A model generated the notes under the pieces. The model ran no database searches, was not told the DNA's origin, and saw nothing but the letters and a program-made list of their open reading frames with translations. From Botryllus schlosseri (taxonomy: Eukaryota), in contig CM119386.1 of assembly GCA_051294905.1 (NCBI GenBank), positions 5,890,001-5,954,000 of the forward strand: DNA of 64,000 nt. Direction: 5' to 3'. A program made the translations under genes and the position numbers. The stretch's first letter is position 1, and every line of letters begins with the position of its first letter. Below are positions 40,319 through 52,788 of the stretch, piece after piece.

Positions 40319-43164
40319 ATAGCGTAGATATGCTGAAGTAGATACTAGATACTACCGATTTTAGGAGTCGGGGTCTTAACCTGCGGAAGTGTGCTTGGTT
40401 TTGGTTCACCGCTGCAGAACTGGGTTGGCGTTCCTACTTCTCATTGTTATTCTATATTTCGCCGGATGATATGAACGAACATAAAGATTTTCGGCCATGC
40501 CATTTCTTTTGCAAAAAAAGAAGATATATGTTGGAATTCGGTGTTCAGAGCACAGGATTTACCTTCCTGCCATTGGAAAACTGCTCGTAAAAACAAAACT
40601 CTTCATCATCACAGCTTGAAATGATCATCTCTCCAACCGCAGTATCTCATTTGCACCTAAATAGTGATGTATTGTTGTATAATGTCGCCCCGAAATAATA
40701 GTATCACATACAGTACGCGGCCTTCTCGGATTTCTGTTGTAAAAATTATCGTAAGATATACTTCAATACTCGAAATAGCCATCGAAACCACTCGCTCTGT
40801 TTTGTGTCTGCGTTCTTATCGAGTTACCTTCCCGCGATGGATAAGCGATTTGCATGTTAGCTCGGAGAACTGCCTTCAAAGGAAGCGGACTTTAACGACA
40901 CGATTCTCTCTCTAATATCAACTTGTCTACTTGATAGTAGCTCGCTTTTGTCTGAAAAGAATTATGAGTCAGGGCATGATTATCGCGACAACTACGCCTG
41001 AAACTGTTTTGATTTTGGAAGCCGCCCCGCTGATATCCATCTTGACATCTGTCCACAGCGATTCTCCTCGCTTCTGTAGTTGTAGAATGCCGCGAACATG
41101 GGCAATGGGCCGTCCGCACTTTGCGATAATGAGATTCCGGCGGTGCATGTCGACAATTAGGAAGATGGCATTTGATATGGGTAGATGACTAGATGTGTGT
41201 TGGTTTCGCAAAGGATGGGATGGAATAAAATGCATTCCATCCGTTGTGTGACATTCGGCAAGCTCTGATTGATTTTAGGTATGGCGATTCACTCCATTTC
41301 GGAAAATAATGAAGGAAATATACGCCCAGTACAGTTGGCTGGTTAGGAGTGATGTCCTACCCACGTTACTTGGCCCTGGCATTATCCTGGTGAGGCTTTG
41401 TTGAGATTACCAACAAAATAAAAAAGCGTAATAAGCCTACCATACATTTGATATAGCGCGTTGGAGTGCCTATACATGTGATGGTTGCATAATGCATATG
41501 CATCTTGACCTCTTGTGGGCACGGACAGGTGACATCTTGATTTGGGTGGAAATGAGGGAACACATATATTGTGAGGCATTCTATGATGTAGTGACCTGAC
41601 ATAGGAATTCGTATTTATTATCGATGCTGAAGACTTCGCGCGAACCTTGCCCATTTGTTTTGGGGTTGAAAACAGGGGAAATGAGACGGATGCTTATTGC
41701 TAGTCTAGAAACGATCGAATGAAATCCCCTGATTAACATCCAGATCTGAGAATAGGAACGATCCCAAACAGAGTCCAAATAATGTTGGTGCGAGCTTACA
41801 AAGCTCGCAAGTCTCGAACAATTTACATCAAGGTGATCGTGTTTGAGATGAGACTAAAAAATGCTTCTTTTATGATCACTTGGCCAAATAAGTAACTTGC
41901 CACCAAATTTACATTTTGTCCGGTTTACCTTTTGCTAAGTTTTATCACCCGCTAGTTTAATGCGAAGGGGTGTTTCATGTGATATTTGTAATGCAAATCG
42001 CGGTTTCTAAAAAGATTCCGTTTTTTTAATTCTACACATTGCACCCAGTATCATATTTTCCAATTTGTTTCGTCAATAAGTAAATCATATTTTAATGTAT
42101 GCCGAAACAGTGAAAGTTCAGAATGTTTAAAGTCTAAATTTAGTATTTTCGCACGTATAAGATTCTATGGCGATATGAATCGAGATAACATTTATCATCG
42201 TATTCAGAAATAGGTGATAATTTTAACTTTGTATTGTTCTAAGCCAGGCGGAAAATCCGATAAAAACGCATCATATAAAAAGTTCTCGAACTATCACCAA
42301 TTTTGAAATCGTCACCGTTATCATCCGACTCTAACCAATCAAAAATAACGCACAGCAACCCATCGGTGCTGTCATTACTCGAGACCTTGCCGTATAGATG
42401 TCAAAGTTTATTGCGAAATTAAAGTGACCAATAGCAACCGCGTCTATTTGAGCTGGAAGTGGGCGGTGCTTTATTGGCACCAATCGTCTACAGGATCAGT
42501 TTGACCGGAGTGATCGGGTATGCGGGCATGCGCGCGGTTGGTAGAGATATTTCCATATCGATGGCCAGGCTCATTGAAGATCCAGACATTGCGTCCTTTA
42601 TTGCACCTTCTTTGGTATTACCGAATCGTTGTAGCAGTCGAATACAGTGCGGTAAACGCGCCAAGTGGATTCAAGCACTCTCGGCCGCAGATTGGTACGT
42701 GCGCGCACAATCCGATACCAAAAATATAACATTCTAATGCCGCCTATTGTTACTATCTGAGTAATGCGACGTTGATGGATGGCCAGTCTCGCGATACACC
42801 TGAACTCGGATGAGTGGTTCGCCGCAAACTGCATTTCGCCGAACACTCGGCGATTGCCAGTCTTTAAGCGAAATCAATCAAGGATTGGAAAAGTTGTTAT
42901 GAGTATTATTCAGATTGAATTTGATAATAGTCAATCCCTGTGGCATTCAACATCGCATAGTTTGTGACCATGGTTGTATCCTGGGAAGCGAAAATGATCC
43001 CTCCCCCTGATTTTACTTTGAAATTGTGACTCTGTCCGTTTTACTGCGTCACAATTCAGCCGTGACGTCGTTAATTTGTCAACGCGTGTTCGCCCACCCT
43101 TACATTTTCAATTGCTTCTCGCAAATTTTCATCCTGGCAATGACTAACTTTGTGACCTTCCATT

Positions 43165-43408
43165 ATGGCTTCTTAACCAGGGGTCCGTGAACCCTTTTGG
43201 GGTACGAAGCAGAAAATCAGGGGGTACGAGATATATTGTGGATTTAGGCATACACGCTATCTAGACTTCAAAATTAATGGGCAAACCAACAAAAAGTTGG
43301 ATATTTTGTTGACGGATTTATTCAACTCAACAATTTTCTTCGCGCTACGCGCGAATTCATGTTGATGGTCTTTTTGATTTGAGCGGTAAAAAGGTTAAAG
43401 AAACAGTG
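43165..43408. mobile_element. Degenerate hAT (Charlie-like) MITE
   Basis: Decayed TIRs (atggcttcttaacc / ggttaaagaaacagtg), GGGGTACG subterminal repeats and the TTCGCGCTACGCGCG motif; no TSD. Confidence 0.5.
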
Positions 43409-44344
43409 ATTAGTCTGACTCGGAAGTAACAAAACTTAGAATCGATGATGAAAAATTATCATCATTGTCTATTATCGACCAAAAGTGTATAGTCAATTTC
43501 CCAAAAGGCTTCATCAAAATATATTGGAAGTGTAAATTATTTTCAACGGGTTACTACTTTTTCTGATGTTGACTAGCATTAATATTAATGATAAAGCTGA
43601 CGTTAAAACGCAATCATAGGAAGACTAGAATCGGGTGCCTTGGCGCGAAAACAAAGTCAACTGGGACATGTGATAATCTTGTAAGCGGATGGATTAACTC
43701 GTAAATCGCGAATACTCGTGCGTTTCATCCAAATGTCTAATATCAACAAGACGATTCCCCGCCATATCCTCGAATAGGAGAAAAACATTCATAAGATCAA
43801 GTAAAAACGCGCCATGCCTACTTTTATAGCGTAACTGTAACATAATACCTAAACCAACATTGCCGCTATTCATGTACGCCAACGCCTTTTACTCGGCGCT
43901 ATCAGTATCGTTATGTAATCGCGCTCTACCTCATTATCCTTGAATATTTACCGAAGAGATTATGAGGTTTACATATTGAAGTTATGTTTGCTGGAACATG
44001 ATTTCTGTCAACAGTCTGGGGTGGCAAGTGTTGTATGTTCGTGTGACTCATTCGTTCGAATCGCTTGCACCACACCGTAGTCGTGTACATTGCGATTGCT
44101 GGTATCACAAATCTGAAGTGCATGTTTCCCGTGAATTATAAATATGTATTGTCGCCCATCGGAATGAGGCGAAAATACTGACCATGTCGTGTACGGGCAG
44201 AGGTATTATTTATCAATTAGAGTGTATATGTGCCGACCCCAGTCAAAATATATATTCTTGTTCGACGTGGATATTTTTGTGCAAACAATTGTAACGTAAG
44301 CCGCCATTTACTTGAAAACATCTGCGATAAACTAAACGATTCCA

Positions 44345-44523
44345 ATCGCAGATTTCCAGAATGCAAATCCAAATCTGCTGTTTTTACATGCTCCACACAT
44401 TACTCTCGAGGTATTCCGCCAATAACCCATCGCAGAATTCCAGAATGCAAATCCAAATCTGCTGTTTTTACATGCTCCACACATTACTCTCGAGGTATTC
44501 CGCCAATAACCCATCGCAGAATT
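44345..44523 (+). repeat. 84-bp tandem duplication (2 units plus 11 nt)
   Basis: Units start at 44345, 44429 and 44513 and are almost identical (gattt vs gaatt near the start; a vs c at the last base). Confidence 0.95.
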
Positions 44524-45598
44524 ACCACCTGTTCCCGCAATCAGGATGTTTATGTTTTCCTAACCTTTTCCGCGACCAATCGCTCTTGAGCCTCGCTCCA
44601 GTCCTCATAATCCTTGTTTTAATATTTACGAGTAAGACCTCTGCCGCCGTGACCTTTAACTCCCTGCCGTATCAGTGTCGCAGTAATTATCTCGCAAAGC
44701 ACGCAATTAGCAAGATAAAATCGCCGGACGACGCCCACAACCTTCGCAATCGCGTTTGAATGATCAGAGGTCACGACCCGAGTAGCCAGTATCGTGCTTT
44801 CGGCGATAGCCATTTGAATTTGGCATTTACATCATCGCCTATTACAATGCATTTTATACATCCTTACAGAGGTGGCATTGAATCGGTCTATCACTCTTCT
44901 GGACGTTACGTCGTTCTTGTGATGTTGGATGGCTTTAAATTGTTGCGTCATTTCGAAGCGATGAGCCGTTTACTCATTCCGGCGCGGCGCGGTCTGTGAC
45001 AAGTCATTCCGTTATTTAGTTGCTGTGTTTCCTGCGCTAATTTGTCGCTGCGGCTTTGTTTGCCTTCTGCTTCTGAATATTCAGCTGTGGATTTATAATT
45101 TATATGTAAACATCACGTGACTGTTTGATGGATGGATGACTGCGACAGTTGAATCTGCCTTTGCGTTAGACTCAGTTGTAATTGCAATTATTCATTACTG
45201 TCCATTTCATGACTAGCGGCAGCCCATATGCCTGCAAACTCATGTTACTATCTATGTCAAGAAGACATTTCATACATTTTCGTGCGGAATTCGCTCCTGT
45301 CACTACAGATGGACTTCGTTGTTACGTGCTGGATTTCCACACCAGCGAGTAAACTTGTACCAGCGTCAGCCTGTCATTATCGTTACGCAACTGGGTACAT
45401 GCAAAACGGAAGGGAACTATCTCCGGCGAGGATGTGCCGCGGATAAGAAAATACATGATGATCCAGAGATTCCCCGTTTAGTAGAATTTACTCCTCCGCC
45501 TGCCTTCTAAAATCTGCTCTTCGCAATTGGATAAAGTCCTGCATAACTGCAGCTCGGTTGTTGTGTTAACGCTGTGCGCCTTTTTCGTGACTATCTCC

Positions 45599-45618
45599 CT
45601 CTCTCTCTCTCTCTCTCT
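45599..45618 (+). repeat. (CT)10 microsatellite
   Basis: Read directly. Confidence 0.95.
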
Positions 45619-45998
45619 CCCCTGCACTGAAAGCTCTAATTTTGCATTAACCTGGAGCCTGTATGATCCGCCTAGTAGTAACGGGGATATAACAATTTCA
45701 CTTTCACGGATTTAAAAATATGGTTCATTTGGTAAATTCACCGCCATCGGCTCGAGATCCCCCCAGTTCGAGCCTGGGCAGTGGCAGGCTTCGAAGTGTC
45801 AAAGTATATCTCGGTTCCCCTCCTCTGGGTCGCTCTTCTGACGGCGTCCAAACAAAAAAAGTCCATACAAAGTCCATGCAGGGCCTACTATATTACTATA
45901 TAGTAGGCCATGGTTCATGTGAAGAACAAATGAAAAAAATACAACGAAATTAATCAAGTTAAATAAGACGGCCGGAAGATCCAAGATCAAACAATTTT

Positions 45999-46140
45999 AC
46001 ATCGGGCATTAGGCAGAGCGGTATGTTAGATTGAGAGACCGCTCTCGGTCGTTCGATATCGAGCTGTGTCTTGTGTATCGCATTGCACATTGCGTCTCTC
46101 TAGCGGATAAAGAAAATAATAGAAGCGCTGATTGATTGAT
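45999..46140 (+). repeat. Interspersed repeat with (GATT)n tail, copy 2
   Basis: Homologous to 13073-13229. Confidence 0.7.
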
Positions 46141-49100
46141 AAACTGACCCCAGGTTTGACCAATCAACAACCCGCAGATGTCGTGTCGTCCGTGGAGTCG
46201 CCACACGCCCGGCGTCATTCTCTTGATTAATTATTCACGTCGTTTAACTTGACTCGATGTACGCGCGAGCGCGGTGGGTGGCGGTGTCGCCGTCGCTAAG
46301 AGTGATGATGACACTTACCGACGGAATCCTTCTGTTTCGTCGCGAATCGGTTTTCAAGTGTTTGCATCTCATCAACGTCCAATTGTAACGACTTCACGGT
46401 CGGGATCAGTCGGGCGGTTAAGTGCATTGCCACACCGGGACTTACGGATGAACTCGTCCGCATGTTTTTGTTGTCATGTGCAACAAATAGTTACAGAAAT
46501 ATATATTGATAGCGGTCGATCATATTTTGAACCATTTCAAAATGCGGGCTCAGGTGATGCAGACGGATCTATAAACCTCGATGAGATTACGGAATCGGTT
46601 CCGTAAAGTTGCTCCGAGCATCATCATCATGGTTTCAACGACCGGAAATAATAATTTCAAACTCTAGTAAACATAGTCGATGGGACCAGCGCGTTTTAAA
46701 GTATATTTTTCATGTATGAGCAATATTTCCATTAACAGATGTGAGCGTTCTTGGTTTTCCAGTTTATAGTAATATAATTTCCCAGCAAAGACATTGCATT
46801 GCGTTCATGATTAGTGACATCAATGAAAAATAAGACGAAATATAGGTGTTGATTTAAGAACTAACATTGTAGGTAAATCTCGTAAAGACATATCTATTGC
46901 ATAGAAACACTAAGCCCTTTTCATTGTAATATGAATGAATGAATCGTCAGCTACTGTCAATGACCTGTATGATAACTCCCTGCAACCTGGGTGACTCACT
47001 TTGAAAAATGCAGTCACAAACTCACAATGGACAGTATGGCATTGGGTGCATTCACAGTTTCGTAATTTCGCTGGATAACGTGTGACTTCAAACGGAAACA
47101 TGACAGCGGCGTGATTTTGTGACAGGTTTCGGCTTCTCCGCACCGACTATCTATATCATCTGACCTTTACAAATCTTGCGCAGTCCTTTCTTTACTCGTT
47201 GCGGTCGTAGTTATGAGTAACGGAATGCGGCTCTTATGATAGGTGCGGGGATTTTCAGCTATTGGCAATGAGTGGCCTTGATTGTATTTCTAGTGTGCTG
47301 CCACTTGTTGCAAAGCGATCCACGGTGACGACTTCTTTGCCGCTAGAAGCGCTATGGTAAAGATGCGATCAAGCAGTCAGCACTGCTACATAACCACGCG
47401 TTTGTCTCGCATGTCATTCATCAGCAATATGACTGTGTATCGGTTTTGCCGGACAATATATATACAATATATAGTAATAGTCGCAATGGCTTCCTTTTGT
47501 TCTGACTGAAATCTGGCCGAATCCGTGACTTCTGACCTTGGATGCTCTTCTCTTACTTTCGCTCGTATTTTCGCTCAAGTGCTCGAGCACATATTTTGAT
47601 TTCTCTAGAAATACCACTAAAGTACCGTTTGCATATAGTTCTCACAGAACGAGGGGGTGGAATATTTGAAATTTTCCAATGAATAATCCTTGGATCATCA
47701 CTTACAAGTGACTCTTTTTATTTTGCGCAATAGCGCTTTATTCGGTCGAATTCTAGTCTTCTGGCGCTTTCAAGCAACATTTATATCCTTCATTAAAGCC
47801 ATGTCGCAGAAATGGGCGCATGGGAGTTTCTGCGAGTGTTTGAGCGCATCACATGCACCACGTGGTGCCCGTTATCACTTATGAAATAGTCTCGCAACCA
47901 CAATATAGGGAACGGGCCGCGATTGCACCATCCTGCAGTCTAGTTGCATCTAGCGTTATCGGACTCTTGGAACTGAGAAGTTAGTTCAATCGCAAGTTCT
48001 CGTAGCGCATCCGCATACTCTGTACGTTGTACCGTAGCCAAATTTGTTCGTTGACTGGACTGGTTTTGGTTTTTGCAATAGCCAACAGTGCGCTATATGC
48101 ATGGGTGCAACAGTGCTCGAACAACTTGGGACCGCTACTACATCATTGCAGTTGACTCTCTATGACTGTAATTTGACAATGCAGGCTAACTGTTGTCGGG
48201 TAACTTCCGAAATGATGTCCAGTCCATACGCCTAAAACTGACAGCTGACTGCGCAATGTCGCAGTGACCATTTACTAATCATACTAATTGAAACCGATAC
48301 AGAACAGGAGCATAGTGCATGCTTCATTTTGCCACATGAATCATATATTTCAACATCACTTCCCGTCCCCGCGTAGACTACACGCACAAATTGCATAGAG
48401 AAGTCTCAAAGGTGGGAATTCACGCCCTCGAAAGCCGCCGCTCTACCAATCATTTTAGTTTCGTAGACCTGCGCTGTCGTACCACGCGTGGGAAATATAT
48501 TCCCGCAAACATTTTCCCGATAAATCACATGGTTTATTTGAAACATGGCTATGAAATCGTCTGTGAGCGCACGGAGCAAATACAGCAACATCCGGCAGGC
48601 TCTGGTCTGCTGCACATCGCATTTATTACCGCCGCGATTGCGCGGGACATGACGCGCTGTCCTTATAGGACAGTCTTCGGATGATTTCCAGCGGCCGCCT
48701 TGATGGATTTACAGCCGATACTACAATCTTTCGATAAAAGCATCGTATTGTTGAAAAAAAAACATTTAATAGAGCGCGAACAATGCCACATTTGGAAGGT
48801 TACGGTACTCTAATGCACCGGATCGTGCTTTCCCACTCTTCCAATTGGTAGCAAGGAGGAGTCAAACACCAATTCCTACGGAGATACCTCCCGGGGATGT
48901 GGGGGCTTCTGCTTTTGTGTACCGCTCCTAGAAATCACGAAGAGGTGGTATAGGGGGGAAAACCCACTACACCTTAAGACCTCCATAAGGACTGGTGCAT
49001 TCGACTCATTTTCACCTAGTAGAATGTGAGCGAAAGCACAATTCGTCTCAGGATAGTGCCGTTAACATGATTCACATACCCAAGCTATGATAGAACTCTG

Positions 49101-52100
49101 ATAAATGCAACTATTTTCCGTCCATGGATTAACGGTATGCTTCGAACTACATAGGATAGTGTGGAAACCATTTCACGTTCAATCACGTTATATGGAGGAA
49201 ACTGTACGACATCATTTGGATTTACAGTGTAACTCGGGGTGTAGTGGAAAAAAGTGATGATTTCACAAAGTAGGCCACGAAGCCAGGAACCTTCCCGAGT
49301 ATATGTGCACTGGCTTGTTGACGCGCGAGTACAAAGTCGTCGATACAGATCCATGCACGGCCGGGAGTGTGTTGTCGAGCGAATGCACTCGGCTGCGTTG
49401 ACATCGAGCGGATTGCGTTCCGGCGCGACTTGATGGCGTTCATGACGAATCTCATGAACTCCCGCTCCGCGCTGCGAGTCTCGGACGACGCTCGGCCACG
49501 TGACCTATAGTGGCCTTGTGACATAATAGGAATTCCTGCGTATTCACAAGTCGCGTAGATTACGGGATTGTGTCGGTATCCGCGATTCGCGAGACGCCCG
49601 TTCTAGGCTTCACCTGGTTTAAGTTATAGTGGGTTTAGTTCTATTGTGGTTCAATCCGTCTTCTACAGTCTTAACGAAGATTGTGTATGTTAAGAGTGTA
49701 GAAGTGAAAATACTGTTATAAGACCGTCCGGTGAACTGCACTTTTTGTTCCAGACTTTGCCCCGTGTACGTACATGCCACTATATTTACACTATGTGTAA
49801 AACTGTGGTTTGAGAATGGCTTTTGGTGTGATTTCAGAGCCACAAAACTGTATGAATTGATTCCAAAAGCCATCGTGAATATGTATTCTGTCAATGGAAT
49901 CGCCTCACACTTAGATGTAATGGCATTCTGAATGGAAACAAATTGTATTCAAACCAACATTTTTTTTTACACATTATGGTTCGAGTTACGCCGCTTATCT
50001 TATTGAAATCCGAGCCCGTAACCGAGGCTTTCAAGGCATTTTTCTGAATAGACAATACTGGTATGGAACGATTATTCCTGCTGTATATTGCAAGCCTTTG
50101 TGAAGTTACGCTAACTTTCTATTGTGTACTGTAAAAGTGACCCTTCTCGATGTCTTGTAAATTTGTACTTCGTTATGTCATGCTGTTCCAGCTATTTCCG
50201 GTACTATCTAATTTCTTGCATTGTCCAATGCCTGTGAGTGCGACTCATGCCGCATATCCATTGAGCCACTGAAACCATTAATGCTCTCCAAAATGAACTT
50301 TCGCATTCGGTATACGCCATGTATTGAACTTTGAATGGGAATGTGACAGTTAATGCCCAGCATTTTAACCCCTTCCATGTCAAGTACAATTGTACATCTT
50401 CAACCTTCTTCTATACATTCCGTTATTCCTCAATGCAAATTGTCTGTATAAATAGTATGTATATTGGCTAGGCGTATGTTCTATAAGTGCATTTAAACGC
50501 GTTTTCATAAAAACTATCAGCCTCTAATTCGAAGCGGACATTCCAGATTGCGTGGGGAACAAGCCTAGTTTCCGACCGTTGCGTATATGATATTATAGGT
50601 GGGCGTGTCGCAATCGGAAATTGTGAAACGTTGATACCGTTTCCGAGTTGCCACGCGATTGGTCCGAAACGCGCCACATCCAGGGCACAAGTTCATTTTC
50701 TTCTACGTGACGGTATTTCCAGTGTGAACTTGAGCCTTCCATACGTGCGTGCGGAAGTAATACACCGCACACCATTTTAAGCTTTCTACCAATTTATGCG
50801 CGACCGCAAATCCGATAACCAACACGGCAACAGTGCTGGACATCATCTACCATACAAACGATAACACGAAAATAGTGTCAGGCGAGTCGCCTGCACTGTA
50901 AACCATAAACAAAATTAAACATGAATGATTTCGAATTTTCGCCATTGCGTGTGCTGCTGTAAATCAGGTTTATGGGACTCTTTGGCTTAGCATACGACTT
51001 TCACATCCAAACCAGTTGGTTAAAATATATAGGATACACTCACTCTCATGAGGCTATATCGTAGCTGTGGAATCGGAGTAGCTCATGTCCATTTTCATCT
51101 GTCGAGAGGCTCAAGTTTTTGTTAAGTTTTGATTTCTTCCGGCCATACATTCGTCATGGCTATGTTTGAAACAGCGTACATTATGGCTGAAAGAAAATGA
51201 AAATTTTACAAAAACTTGATTTTCTCGAGATGTGAAATTAAGTAAACAGAACCCGCGTGTCCAATTAATACTTGCTGTATTTGGATCATTCACAACAACT
51301 GGTATGGGTGAGAATGTCGATTTGCACCCCATGTAACAGTGGAGATGTGGAAAATCAGCCACTATTTTCTACCTGCGTCGTGTACAAAGTGTGATACAGC
51401 TCCTTTGTTACCGCGGGCAGGCCCGTGAGGGTGTCTTACCGTGTATTTCCGTTACGTATTCCGCGCGATTGTCAGGAATTAGCCTCTTGGAAATGAGAGG
51501 CCAGCCGAGTTCTGCGTCGCACCGGCTGATTGCCGGCGAGGTTATTTACTTGCTGTTCTTGCGAAAGTCCTAGATTTTAGAAAGGAAATAACAATCCCAT
51601 TGAAGTCGCGGTTTGGAATTTGGTCGCAGATGACAGCGTAGCCGGATGTCCGCCGTACGCGCCACGCCATTGTGTGCATCCAGTCTTAGGCTTCGGCGAG
51701 AACGCTCTGGGATGCGTGATGTTTATTTTGATGGACTTTGAAATCGTATCTTTTGTTTATTAATTCGCCCTCGCGAGTGATATTGTTTTTCGCGGCGTAC
51801 GATGAGTGATTCATGTCGGCAATTTGCGACTGAGATTTGCCCGTATCTCCCGTTGGATGAGCCTGTGAAGCGGCTTGCAATTGGCGCTTGTGATTAATGC
51901 TTCGTGACGAATCGCGTTGGCATTACACGAAATCATTGGCAATTCAGGAACAATCTGTCAGCGTTTGATAATGAGCGATCGGCGATTATTGTGACATAAC
52001 GCGCTAAATTTATGCGCGACTTTGTCAAGTGCGTATTTTTAGGCTGTCTCATCAGTAACCCGCGACTGTATCAGTTGATTGTTGTAAAAGCAGTCCCAAT

Positions 52101-52510
52101 CACAGAATATATATAGGTTCTGGTAGTAAATTGTCCCTTGCAATTTTATTTATTAGTACCAGCATTGTATAAGCCTCGTTTACAGTGCATAAAATGCCCT
52201 CTTTAAAACTTCTCACGTGGTTGATATGTGTGACGCAACCGTATAGAGGACATTGCGATTAAAATATACGTTTATTGTCACCCTGCTTATAATCATTGGT
52301 GTTGTTTATTTGTGGTATTCATGGTGTTTTTCGACTACAATGGTCATTTACACGGGCCCTATATTCTTTTTCATGATTCCGTATCTACTGACTAGGCTTT
52401 CTAAGACACCGCTAACGCTTACATGCCGAATAGGAGCCAGGATCAACCTCCAACGCCTGGGAAGGAATTCTGGAATCGATATAACCCTCAGCGTTACAGA
52501 ATCATAATGT

Positions 52511-52788
52511 GGCGAGATAACGTAGTGGTTTAATCAACAGCTGCAACACCAATGAGTTATGGGTACGAGTCCGAGTCCGACCGAGGTCGATTCCAGAATT
52601 CCTACCTAAGTGTTGCAGGTTATATCAAGGCTCCTCCTCGCCTTCTCATCCGTGTAAGCGGTGTCTTATAAAACCTAGAAGTGTGCCTTGCTACAAGTCG
52701 GCAGCTACAGAATAACATCGATGAAAGTTGGTCTGGTGTAAATGACTATAGTAGTCGACAACAACAACAACAACAGAATAATAATAAT
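52511..52788 (+). mobile_element. tRNA-derived SINE-like element
   Basis: A box TAACGTAGTGG (52518-52528), B box GGTACGAGTCC (52562-52572), a non-tRNA body and a (CAA)n/(TAA)n tail. Confidence 0.55.
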
